Positions 1 through 12,659 are shown, numbered from the stretch's first letter. The stretch: DNA of 64,000 nucleotides from Neocallimastix sp. 'constans' (GCA_050613775.1 JBODTK010000130.1:248001-312000), one strand, 5' to 3'. The notes: generated by a model not told the origin, from the letters alone. A program made the numbers and translations.

Positions 1-367
1 TAAATAATTAATAAAAACAAAAATAATATATAATATTTATATATTATATATATAATAAAAAAAAAGTAAAAATAATTACAAAAAATAATTATAACAATAT
101 ATAAAAAATATTATAAAGATTTTTTTTAATAATAATAAAAAAAAAAAAAAAAAAGAAAAGAAAAAAGAAAAGAAAAGAAATGTAAATAATTTGATTAAAA
201 AATATATATTACATACAAAAGAAAGAGAAAAAAAAAAATTAAAAAACATTTGAAAGTTTTTTTTTTAAAAAAAAAAAAAAAAAAGAAAAGAAAAAAGAAA
301 ATAAGAAAAAGAAATTATATAAATATATAAATTTTAATGAAAATAATAAAAATTATTTGAAATAATG

Positions 368-398
<31 letters not shown>

Positions 399-823
399 AT
401 CAATAAAATATAATAAATTATAAATATTAATAAAATAATTAATTACTTAATAAAAATAATTAATAATTAAAATATACTATTTTTATTATAATTATAATTT
501 TATTTTAAATTATTTTTTATATAGTTTCCTTTTTTTTTTTTTTTTTTTTTTTAAAGTATTATTATTTTATTTTATTTTTATTTTATTTTTATTTATATTT
601 ATATAAAACTTTTTTAATTTTTTAACCTATCTTTCTTTACTTTTAATTCATAATTTTTTTTTACAATTCTCTTTAAAGTTTTACTTTTCTTATTTTCTTT
701 ATTATTTTTTTTTTTATTTTTTATTTTTTTTTTTTTTTTATTTTCTAAAAAAAAATAAATAAATGAATGAATGAATAATAAAATAAAATAAATAAATAAA
801 AAAAAAAAGAGATAATCTAATAC

Positions 824-858
<35 letters not shown>

Positions 859-1255
859 TTTATTTTTATTTTTATTTTATTGTAATTTATTATTTTTAAC
901 TAATAAAAATAATAATAATTATAAAAGAAAAAAAAGAAAAAAGAAATAAATATTATTAATAGCATTTTTTTTTATAACAAACAAAAAATAATAAAAAAAA
1001 AAAAAAATAAAAAAATAATATATAAATAAATAATATATAAAAATAAAACAATAATTATTATATTATTAATAAAAATTATTTTAAAAACAAAAATTATATT
1101 ATATATTATTCAATTCAATTTTAGTTGTGTGCAATAAAGGAATAAATGGAACATTTTAACCTGATGAGTGATTCAAATTCAGAAACTTTTTGGTAATTTT
1201 TTTTTTTTTTTGTTTTTTGTTATGTATATATATATATATTTTTTTTTTTTTGTTA

Positions 1256-1289
<34 letters not shown>

Positions 1290-1479
1290 TTTTGTTATAT
1301 ATATATATATGTATATATATATTTTTTTTTTTTGAAAAGAATTCTTATCATACTTCTTAATAACTTATTATTAGTATTTGACATTTTTGACAATGGAAGT
1401 AAATGTATTGGAAAACCAAAAAAAAAAAAAAAAAAAAAAAATCAAATTAAAAGTTAAAAAAAAAAAAAAAAAAAAAGGA

Positions 1480-1551
1480 AGGGGCGTTCCGGATTTGAAC
1501 CGAAGACCTATTGATCTGCAGTCAATTGCTCTACCGCTGAGCTAACACCCC
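1480..1551 (-). tRNA. tRNA-Cys(GCA)
   Basis: Reverse complement GGGGTGTTAGCTCAGCGGTAGAGC-AATTGACT-GCA-GATCAAT...GGTTCAAATCCGGAACGCCCCT folds as a 72-nt cloverleaf and is followed by a long T-run terminator on the minus strand. Confidence 0.97.
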
Positions 1552-1566
1552 TTTCGCGAAATGAAG

Positions 1567-1648
1567 CGTCAGCTGCAGGGTTTGAACCTGCGCGGGCAAA
1601 GCCCACCAGATTTCAAGTCTGACTCCTTAACCACTCGGACAAACTGAC
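1567..1648 (-). tRNA. tRNA-Ser(UGA)
   Basis: GTCAGTTTGTCCGAGTGGTTAAGGAG-TCAGA-CT-TGA-AA-TCTGG, long variable arm GGGC-TTT-GCCC, T arm GCAGGTTCAAACCCTGC; 82 nt. Confidence 0.97.
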
Positions 1649-1662
1649 TACTTCAAATTTTT

Positions 1663-2310
1663 TGATACAAGATGAAAAGAAAAATAATGATATTTTAAAA
1701 TTATTATTAAATTATATTAATTATATAAAGTTTGTAAAATATATATTATTATAAAATTAAAATTAATTATATAAAAATGATGAATTATATTAATTATAAA
1801 TCATATAAAATAATATTATTATAGTATAAAATTTAATTATTATAATATAAACTTTTATATTAATGTTTATATAAAATATAACAATTATGATTTAATATAG
1901 AGATAATAATTATAAAAAAAAATATATAAAAATATTATAAAAAAAAAAAAATGTTTTTGTTAAAAAATTATTGATATATGTTAATTAGTAATAGTTGATT
2001 TAATATAAGAAAAATGTTTTAATTAGTAAAGATAGTAGTTTAGTTATTAGTTTTAATAAAATTAGTTGTTTAAGTAATTAATTGTAGAATATTATAATTA
2101 AATTATAAATATTAATAGTTAATTAATATGATAAAAATAAAATAAAATAAAATAAAAATAAAATATTACAAAACAAATATCCTAAAATAAAAATTTTAAA
2201 TAATTAAATAAAATAATTAATATTATTATTAGAATATATAATTTAGTACAATTCCCCAGTGTAGCGCCCAAAACTATTATAAATACGAATATTTAAAATA
2301 TATCGTATCA
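1663..2310 (+). repeat. 5' LTR of element 1
   Basis: Direct repeat of 10864-11517; by eye only about 2 substitutions plus homopolymer/microsatellite length differences. Confidence 0.96.
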
Positions 2311-2316
2311 TATTTT

Positions 2317-2333
2317 TGGTGGAGAATCCGGGC
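2317..2333 (+). promoter_or_regulatory. Primer-binding site, tRNA-Ala type 1 (TGGTGGAGAATCCGGGC)
   Basis: Complement GCCCGGATTCTCCACCA resembles a eukaryotic tRNA-Ala 3' end; identical PBS in element 2 (18295-18311). Confidence 0.85.
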
Positions 2334-2368
2334 GCTGCACTATTAAATTATATGAAAATAATAATAAT

Positions 2369-2405
<37 letters not shown>

Positions 2406-2555
2406 ATTTTTTTTTTTATTAAAATATATATATATATATAATAGTAAAAATAAATAAATAATATTAGAGATAAGTCGAATTAAATAAGAAAATAAATTAC
2501 GTATTAAATATAAGTTTTGTTTCATTTTTTTTCCTTTTTTAGTAGTTAATTAATA

Positions 2556-4118
2556 ATGGTTGACGCTTCCAAAGTAAAACGTGATCTACCATATCTATGT
2601 GACTATGGTAAAGACATAGACACATGGATAGAAGATTTTAAGGGTGTCATGGATATGCATGACATCCAAGATTCATCTAGAATTTTTGTATGGCTAAAAA
2701 TAGCCGTGGAGGCTGACTTGAGGAACGTTTTGAAATCATTAGTAACCACTCGGAATAATATCACAAGGTATCCAAACTATAAAGAAGTGCAATCAGCTAT
2801 TGAAAAGTATATGGATATAAAACCAGCTGATAAATGCTCAGTTTTAAAAAATCTGAAAATAAAACCAAATGAAAATATAAAGAATTTTAACTACCGTTAT
2901 TTAACCTTGTATCATCGATTAGATAGAGATTATCAGAAGATTATATCAGTCGATGATTATTTAAATTCAATAAAATCAAGAATATATGTTCATTCTCAAA
3001 TTCTCTTAGCCGAATGTGATACCTTGTCGGATGCTTTTGAAGTGGCTGTAAGAGCCGAGAAAGCCGAAAAAAGGACCATAGGAAATAATGAATTTCTCAA
3101 CACTTCTATGGTCTTCCAAAATAATTCTAATTGTCAAAATTCTTTATTAGAACATCCATTATATAGAGGATTGACCGAAGGAAATAGGGATTTAGATAAT
3201 TCTATACAAAATGCGTATTATGTGGGCAATGCTGATCTGTTTTCTACTGGTCGATATCGTCAAGAAAGATTTAATTCAAGGTATAATAATAACAACAATA
3301 ATAATAATCAATTTAGAAATTTTACTTGCTACCTCTGTGGCGAACCAGGTCACAAAGCAAGAGAATGTAACAAAAGAAATTTAAGAAATAAAAATAAATC
3401 TCTTAATTATAGTCAGGATCAGAATCAATTAATGACCTTCGGAAAATTTAATTCTGGATTTTATAATGAAAATAATTATAATAATAATGGAAATAGAATG
3501 TTTAATAACGGAAATAATGGAAATAATTATAATATTAATAATAATAATAATAATAATTATAATACTATATATGGTAATAATAATTATAACAGTAATTATA
3601 ATAACAATAATAATTATAATAATTTCTATAACAGTAATATTAATAGTAGCAATAATAGTAATTATAATAATTTCAATAACAGTAACAATAATAATAATAA
3701 TAATAATTTTGGTAACTATAATAATAATTCCAATAATAATAATATTAACAATGGTAATTATAATTTTAGGAACAACAACAATAGAGGAAAAAATAATTAT
3801 AATAACAATAATAATTATAATAATAACAATTATAGCAATAATAATTATATTAATAGCAATTATAACAATAATAATTATAATGACAATAATATGTATAATA
3901 ACAATAATAATTATAATAGAAATAATAATTATAATAGTAATAGTAATTATGGAAATAATAATTATAATACTAATAATACTAATTATGACAACTATAACAA
4001 TGATAACTACAACAATGCAAGAAATATGGAGGAAATAAGAAATAAAAGTAATCCTAGGTACTTTGATAATCAAAATCCTCATCAGCAAAATATTAGAAGC
4101 GATAGCAATTTAAAATAG
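2556..4118 (+). CDS. gag: Gag with CCHC zinc knuckle and Asn/Tyr-rich C-terminal tail
   Basis: CYLCGEPGHKAREC knuckle; N-terminus homologous to element 2 Gag (LPYLCDYGKDIDTW vs LPNLIDYGKDVDGW). Confidence 0.93.
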   Translation: MVDASKVKRDLPYLCDYGKDIDTWIEDFKGVMDMHDIQDSSRIFVWLKIAVEADLRNVLKSLVTTRNNITRYPNYKEVQSAIEKYMDIKPADKCSVLKNLKIKPNENIKNFNYRYLTLYHRLDRDYQKIISVDDYLNSIKSRIYVHSQILLAECDTLSDAFEVAVRAEKAEKRTIGNNEFLNTSMVFQNNSNCQNSLLEHPLYRGLTEGNRDLDNSIQNAYYVGNADLFSTGRYRQERFNSRYNNNNNNNNQFRNFTCYLCGEPGHKARECNKRNLRNKNKSLNYSQDQNQLMTFGKFNSGFYNENNYNNNGNRMFNNGNNGNNYNINNNNNNNYNTIYGNNNYNSNYNNNNNYNNFYNSNINSSNNSNYNNFNNSNNNNNNNNFGNYNNNSNNNNINNGNYNFRNNNNRGKNNYNNNNNYNNNNYSNNNYINSNYNNNNYNDNNMYNNNNNYNRNNNYNSNSNYGNNNYNTNNTNYDNYNNDNYNNARNMEEIRNKSNPRYFDNQNPHQQNIRSDSNLK

Positions 4119-4657
4119 ATTATGGGAGAAGGCCAACTTCCAGTAAACAAACCACCCTTTTATGTATAAACAACGACAATTATTGTAATGATAACTTCCA
4201 TAATCATTATAATAATAATAATAATAATATTAATGAACCTAATAATTATAATGAAAATAATATATATTATAAGAATATTAAAAATAAAAATAATAATTTA
4301 CTAATTAATAATAATGAAAGAAATGAAAATTATGGAAATAATGAAGAAATGGATATCAAGAATAAAGACAACAACTATAAAAACAATGAGAATATTTATT
4401 TAGTTAATAGAAAAGATAATTTTAATACCAATTCCAATGATAATGATAATAATAATTATAATAATTATAATATTTATGATAATTATAATAGTAATAATAA
4501 TTATTGCAATAAACCAAATTGTAACAATAACAATAATACTAATAATAACAATAACTTTAATAATAACAATAACCATAAAAATAACAAAAATAATAATTAC
4601 ACATATAATAATAATTACATTAATAATCGTTACAATAATGATAATAATAGTAATAGT

Positions 4658-4692
<35 letters not shown>

Positions 4693-7600
4693 TAATCATA
4701 ATAGTAGTTATAATAATAATTATAATTTTGTTAATAATGGTAATAATTATAATAATGATGATTATAATAATCGAGGTAATATTAATAACGATAATTATAA
4801 TAATAGTAGTCATAGTTATATTAATAATAATAATAGTAATATTAATAATAATAGTGATATTAATAATAATGGTAATATTAATAATAATAATAGTAATTAT
4901 AACAATAAGAATCTTAATAATAATTATAGTAATAGTGATTATTGTAATGATAATTATAATAATAACAATACTAATAATTATAATCATAATAATAATTATA
5001 AAAATTACAATAACTATAATTATAATTATAATAATAGTATTATGAAATGTATTAGTGATAATGCTAATATGAGAAATGATAATAATGATTATTATATCGA
5101 TGATAATAATAATCATTATAATAATTGTAATAATCATTGTAATAATAATATTAAGGATAATGATAATGAAAAAAATGATTATTATAATAACAATTATAAT
5201 AAAAATAATAATAATAATGTTTATTTAAGAGATACCAATGAAGAATTCCAGGATGAAGTTGTTTTTGCTGCTCAGAGAAAAGGCAAACAAAATAAAGAAA
5301 AATATAAGGGGCCTTATAAAGAAAAACAAAGGCTTCATCTCAAAGATAATCCAGTTCCTATTCACACTCCAGCCATGAAACAAATAAATAATAATAATGA
5401 TAATTATAATGATAGTAATAATAATGAGGAACTAAATAATAATAAAATAATTGAAGGTGAAAATCTTTCTTCTACAAAAAAGGTTAATTTTAGAGAAAAT
5501 CCAGATATTATTGAAATTAATAATAATGGAAATATTCGAGATGAAGATAATATGAATTTAGAGGATGATCCAAATAATTTAAATTATAATAATAATAATA
5601 ACCATAATATTAATATTGATGATTATAATAATAATATTAACAATAATGACAATTCTAATAATAACAATAATAATAACAATAATAATAACAATAATAATAA
5701 TAATAATAACATTAATGATAATATTAATACTAATAATGATAGTAATAATAACACAGAAAAATTGGAACATTTAGATATATCATATATAAACCAGCCAAAT
5801 ATTTCAAACGCAAAAAAAATTAACAAATTAAATAGAATTAAAGAGATAATATCCAATACTACAAACGAAAATGAAAATGGAGGTAATACTAAGACGTCAA
5901 AATTAGAGAAACATATTAAAATGATCAATTTGGTTGATAATTATGATATAAATGACCTGGTTAAAGATGTTGCCAATATAGAAGTCAAACTTAAACTGGC
6001 ACACTTATTGGACTTATGTCCTAAATTTCGTACCGGGTTTAACAAAGAACAAAAATTAATTAAAAGTACCAGTAAAGAATTTTTAATAAATGCTTTATCA
6101 TTGTTAAGCGACTATAAAGTTATAAAAGTAAATGGTACTATTGAAGGATCCTACGCAGAAATATTCTTAGATTCTTGTGCAAGTGTTAATTTAATTACTG
6201 CTGCTGCATTCGAGAAGTATAAAATAAATAAAACGGCCGTTGGAACTATTTCGGAAAGAATATTCCAGGCTTATTCTAATAATTATATTTCTTCGGATGT
6301 ATACGAATTAGAAATTGAAATAGGCGGCTACACTTTCAAAGACTATTTCAGAAAAATAGAAAAAGATGATATTTTCGACGTGTTAATTGGTATTAACACG
6401 CTTAAGAAAAATAGATTTGTGCTAGATTTAGTTGATGATACTTTATTACGTAAAAATGATAATGGTGATTTTATTGAACTTTCTAATTTAATGTATAATG
6501 TAAATTATTCTAATGTTAATGATTTAAATATTAATAAAAATGATTCTGAAAATTATGTTACGTGTTGTGATGGTATTATCAATTATTGTGCGTGTTCAAA
6601 TTTTTTGTGTAATGATACTTCTAATATAAATATTAGTGATTTTGATAATTTAATATTATCTAATGATGAAGTTCTTAATAATAATGATTTATTTTCTATT
6701 GATAATAATGTGTTATTTCTTAATAATGATTCAAAAATTTGTCCCGCTATTCTTTTAATAACTTCTGATGATAATTCATCTTTTGTTGATTTAAAATCTC
6801 TGCAAAATTCGCTTGTACACGACATATTATCTGAAGTACCTTCTTCTATTAGAGATTCAATTAAAATTTTATTTTTATCATACACGGATATTTTAGCTGT
6901 TAAAACAGATGATTTAGGTAATTCTAAATTATTTCCTCATAGAATTAATTTAGTTCCTGGTACTCACCCTGTTAAACAGAGAGCATATAGACTCTCTAAA
7001 GTACAAGCAGATGCTCTAAAAAAAGAAATAATTAAACTCATTAACAATAAATTAATTGTTCCTTCAAATTCTCCTTGGTCTTCACCAGTTGTTCTTGTGT
7101 TAAAAAAAAATGGTCAAGTAAGAATGTGCGTTGATTATAGAGTAGTAAATAACTGTACGAAGAAAGATGCCTATGCCCTTCCTATTATCGATGATATTCT
7201 TTATTATGTAGGAAACACCGCAGTTCTTTCAACAATTGATTTATTTTCAGGATACCATCAAATTCCTATGCATCCTGATGATAGAGATATTACGTGTTTT
7301 ACTACTATTTATGGTAATTTTAATTTTCAAGTTATGCCTTTTGGGTTGTGTAATGCTCCCGCAACTTTTCAAAGGGAGATGAACCGAATATTCTTCGACT
7401 TGATTGGTGTTTGTGTCTTTGTCTATATCGATGATCTTGTTGTTTATTCTCCCTCAATGGATCAGCATATTAAAGATCTTGAAAAGGTTTTCAAAATTCT
7501 ACATAATAATGGATTAAAAATTAATTTAGAGAAATGTCATTTTTTTAAAGAAGAAGTAGAATTATTAGGACACAAATTATCTACTAAAGGAATTAGTCCT

Positions 7601-9364
7601 ATTGATTCAAAAGTGAATGTTATTATGAATTGGTTACCTCCTAAAAATATTAAGCAACTACGTTCTTTTTTAGGTGCTATTGGCTATTATAGGAAATTCA
7701 TTTATAATTTTGCTCAAATTGCTAAACCATTATATGAACTTACAAAAAAAAATGTTCCTTTTGTATGGACTGATACTACTAATAAGGCTTTTGTTGAATT
7801 AAAAAATAAAATAATTTCTGCACCTATTTTATCACCTCCTGTTTTTGAAAAACCATTTATTATTCGTACGGACGCCTCTAAATATGGTATTGGTGGAGTT
7901 CTTATTCAGTTAGATGAGAATAATGATGAAAAGCCTATTTATTTTGAAAGTCGTACCTTAGTAAATGCAGAATTAAACTATAGTATTACGGATTTGGAAG
8001 GATTAGCTGCTTACTATTGTGTTATGAAATTTAGACCATTTTTAACAGGTAATAATTTTGAAACCATTTTGTACACTGATCATAAACCCTTAGTTTATAT
8101 TTTCAATAGTAAAGAACCTACTTCTAGCCGTCATATTAAATGGATTACGGAATTCAGTATTTTAAAAGTTAAAGTTTTATATGAAGAGGGGAGGAGAAAT
8201 GTAATTGCAGATGCACTTTCAAGATTAAATTCTGGTGAAGATATACAAAATAAGAATGTAGAAGAAAATAAAAATATTATTTTGGAAAACAATTTTAATA
8301 AAGATAATAATTCAATTAAAAATATTATTTTAAAAGAGAATATAAGAAATAATAATTCTAATGAAATTAATAAATCAAGAAATAAAATCAGTAGGGAAAA
8401 TACTAATGACAATTTATTTATAAAAATAGACAATAAAAATACTATTAAAAATAGCAATTTATCTAAAAAAATAAAAATAAATAATATCACAAACAATCAT
8501 AAATTATATGAGAATGAAAACAATAATAATTATAATAAAAATAATATCTCTGATAAAAAAATAGAAATTAATGGGTTTAATAAAAATAATAACTTTAATA
8601 CTAATAATAATTATATTAAAAATAACAATTATAATAAAAACAATAATCATAATGAAAATAGCAATTGTAATAAAAATAGCAATTATGATAAAGGCAATAA
8701 TCCTAATGAAAATAATATTGTTGGAAATAATAATAGGAATAAAAATAATAATCTCAATGAAAATAATAATTATAATAAAATTAATTACTTAGATGAAAAA
8801 TTAAAAAATTGTAACATTATTCAAAATAACTATTCAAATGAAAACAAAGAAAATTATAATACAAAATATAATAATATACATGATGCATATAAAAATAATA
8901 ATTATTTAACAAAGGAAACAAGCTTTAAAACCGAAATATTAAATAATAATGTAATTCAAAATAATGTATTATTTAGAGATATAAAAAATGAGAGTACAAC
9001 AAATGAAAATTCAAAAGAAAATGAAAATGAAAAAAATAATATTGTAAATCAAAATAATATAAGCATTAATAATAAATTCAATAAAATTTTGAATATTGAT
9101 AAAAATATTAACAAAAAATCTCTTAATAAAAATGAACAAGAAGATCATAGAAGTATAACTATAGGAAAAAAGAAATATAATAATATTTTAAAAATTGATA
9201 AAATTAATAATAATTTTACAAATAATAACTTTCAAAAGGATGATAATAATGAAATGTTAAATAATGATATAAATAAAAATTACTCAAGAAATATTTTATC
9301 TAACAATAATGTATATCTAGATACAAATTTCGTAATAAATGTTACACCTAATAATAATGATTAC

Positions 9365-9438
<74 letters not shown>

Positions 9439-10642
9439 AATAAATAATAATGAAAATAATAATAATGATGAAAAATTTTTAAATGATTTTATTGATAATT
9501 ATATAAAACAAAAATTTGTAGAAATAGATGGGATTATTTATTATAAACAAAATAATAATTTAAGAAGAGTAATTTTTGATGAAAAAGAAAAATGGAAATT
9601 AATTAATTTAGCACATAACGTAGGACATGAAGGTTGTTATAAAACCTATCATAGATTAAAAAGAGATTACTTTTGGAAAGGAATGAATAAAGATATAAAA
9701 ATATTTATAAAATGTTGTAAGAAATGTCAAATGTATAAGCCACAGCCTCAAAATAAATACCCTGAAGATATTCCAACACCACCAGGATTGCCTTTCACAA
9801 GAGTTGGTTTAGATTTAGTTGGTCCATTATATACAACTGCTAGAGGAAATAGATATATCATAGTATTAGTTGACTACCTTACCAAATGGGTGGAAGCTGA
9901 ACCATTAGAAAAAACAGAATCTGAAGATGTAATAAGATTTTTAATTAATGTGTTTTCGAGGCATGGAATACCAAAGTTATTAATTACAGATAATGGCCCA
10001 CAACTTATTTCAGATAAAACTAAAGCTTTTCTCGATTTGCATGATGTATATGTACATAATGTGGCTACGTATCATCCACCTTCTAATGGAGAAGTTGAGA
10101 ATAGAAATAGAGAAATTGGAAAATATTTGCGGCTTTTAGGAAAAAATAATAAAGATTGGGATGATATTCTACCTAGTGCTTTATGGGCGCTTAGAACAGC
10201 GAAGAATGAAGTAACAAAATATAGCAGTTTTGAATTACTTTATGGTAGAAGGGATTTGCAACCTTTCGAACTTACAATTAATGTTGATCAAAAACATGAA
10301 GATGAAACTGATGAAGAATATTATTTAAGAAAATTTATTACACATAATAAATGGATTAATGAAGCTATTCGGAATATAGAAACTGCTAATGAACTATGGA
10401 AAGATAGAAGAAAACAAATTAAAAGATTAAGAAGTGAATTTAAACCTGGAGATTTAGTATTAATCAGGAATTTTAATAGAAGAAAATTGGACCCTTATTT
10501 TATTGGACCATTAAAAATAGTTAAGCAACAATTTAATACTGTTACAGTTTGTGATCCAATTACTAATGAAGTTGCCGAAAGAAATATACATCTCAAAAAT
10601 GTTATTCCTTATATAAGTAGTTTTGTAGAAATCACTGATTAA
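4109..10642 (+). CDS. pol: Pol (protease, RT, RNase H, integrase with GPY/F motif), entered by -1 frameshift
   Basis: The -1 frame is open from the slippery site T TTA AAA (4109-4115) into the 4349-10642 ORF; motifs FLDSCAS, SPWSSPVV, MPFGL, YIDD, TDAS, HH-CC zinc finger, GLDLVGP, ITDNG, YFIGPLKI; no chromodomain seen. Confidence 0.95.
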
Positions 10643-10688
10643 TATTAATATTTAAAAAATAATAATAGTTTAAAATAAATCCCTACCT

Positions 10689-10720
<32 letters not shown>

Positions 10721-10743
10721 ATAATAATCATATAATTATATTA

Positions 10744-10776
<33 letters not shown>

Positions 10777-10863
10777 ATGCCTTATAAATTTTAAAATTTA
10801 TTATTTCATACAAATATTCTTTAGACTTCAAGGGACGAAGTCTGATCTAAAGCGTGGGCGTTC

Positions 10864-11517
10864 TGATACAAGATGAAAAGAAAAATAATGATATTTTAAA
10901 ACTATTATTAAATTATATTAATTATATAAAGTTTGTAAAATATATATTATTATAAAATTAAAATTAATTATATAAAAATGATGAATTATATTAATTATAA
11001 ATCATATAAAATAATATTATTATAGTATAAAATTTAATTATTATAATATAAACTTTTATATTAATGTTTATATAAAATATAACAATTATGATTTAATATA
11101 GAGATAATAATTATAAAAAAAAATATATAAAAATATTATAAAAAAAAAAAAAATGTTTTTGTTAAAAAATTATTGATATATGTTAATTAGTAATAGTTGA
11201 TTTAATATAAGAAAAATGTTTTAATTAGTAAAGATAGTAGTTTAGTTATTAGTTTTAATAAAATTAGTTGTTTAAGTAATTAATTGTAGAATATTATAAT
11301 TAAATTATAAATATTAATAGTTAATTAATATGATAAAAATAAAATAAAATAAAATAAAATAAAAATAAAATATTACAAAACAAATATCCTAAAATAAAAA
11401 TTATAAATAATTAAATAAAATAATTAATATTATTATTAGAATATATAATTTAGTACAATTCCCCAGTGTAGCGCCCAAAACTATTATAAATACGAATATT
11501 TAAAATATATCGTATCA
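10864..11517 (+). repeat. 3' LTR of element 1
   Basis: Direct repeat of 1663-2310, preceded by the G-rich tract AAAGCGTGGGCGTTC. Confidence 0.96.
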
Positions 11518-11521
11518 TTTT

Positions 11522-12364
11522 TTTGTAAGAATCTATAATTATTTTTAACAAAATAATTATATTTTCTTAGTTAGGTTATAATTAATATAACTTTTATTTA
11601 ACTCATATTTCATTTATACAATTAATTATAATTAATAATTTATTTAATTATATATTAAAATTTTATTTAGTTTAATATTAAAAATTTATTTAATCAAATA
11701 ATTTTTATACATTTAAAATAATATTAAATTTATTTAATTATTCACTTAATTATTAAATTTATTAGTTTTAGTTTTCTCTCACTTATTAAATCATAAACTA
11801 AAACACTATTTTGTATTTTATCATGTATTCTGTATTCTATCATGTATTCTGTATTGTATTAATCATGTATTTTATTATTAATGTATTGTTTTATATTTTT
11901 TATGTAAAGTACTATAAAATAGAACTAAATAGATTAAATTTTAAATTTTATGATCGAAATAATTTTCATTATTTTATTCTTTTATTTTCGATCATTATAT
12001 TAGATTAAGTAATCGGTTAATTAAGGTTTTTCCAATTACTTCTTAAAAGTAATCGGTTTTACTTAATTAACGCGATGATCGATATGGATAGAATATCGAT
12101 CAAAAAACTTATCTAGGTTTTTCTTCTAGTCTTTTCCTAGATAAGAGATTTGTTAAGATTAGAACCCCTTTTGATTTTAACCTTATTTTGACAAAAAAGT
12201 ATAAATAAGGCTCTTGAGTTCTCTTTGAGAAATCAAGAGTTATTATTATAACAATTATAATATAATAATAATAACAATAAGTTTTAACATTTAAAATTTT
12301 TAATAAATAATAAAACAAATTATTTTAATAAAACAAATTTTATAATTAAAACTTTTCCTTATCA
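11522..12364 (+). repeat. LTR of family X stacked behind element 1 (right end approximate)
   Basis: Start matches 40872-40922 and, inverted, about 35530-36135; putative end CCTTATCA at 12364. Confidence 0.6.
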
Positions 12365-12659
12365 ATTTTAGTGTTTCGTCTATTATAATTCGTTATAATA
12401 AACTCGATAATTAGAAAGAACCATAGGTAAGTATGATTCTTTTCTAAACCTTTAATATTAGCAGTTAGAGCTAATATTAATGATTAATAATTTAATTATA
12501 ATTTTTTAATTAAATTATTACACAAAAATGATTTATACCTAATATTCTTAATCTACAAAAATTAAATTTTGTAGAAGTGAATAAAAGGATAAATACTGAA
12601 TAAAATTGATTTAAGAAATTTAAAAAAAAAAAAATAAATATGTTTTATTATTAAACACA

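Larger units (their letters stand above)
1663..11517 (+). mobile_element. Full-length, apparently intact Ty3/gypsy LTR retrotransposon (element 1)
   Basis: Near-identical LTRs 1663-2310 and 10864-11517 (TGATAC...GTATCA), T-run TSD on both sides, PBS, gag, and -1 frameshifted pol in PR-RT-RH-IN order. Confidence 0.97.

Noticed and set aside
1120..1200. CTGATGAG...GAAAC resembling a hammerhead ribozyme core
   Set aside because: Stem II lacks the closing G-C pair and no stem I can form; it could equally be a small exon (AG...GT), so it is unsupported.
3429..5928. Long Ile-rich or Leu-rich ORFs (3429-4088, 3466-4038, 4400-5137, 4437-5045 and similar)
   Set aside because: Alternative-frame and antisense readings of AAT repeats inside gag/pol.
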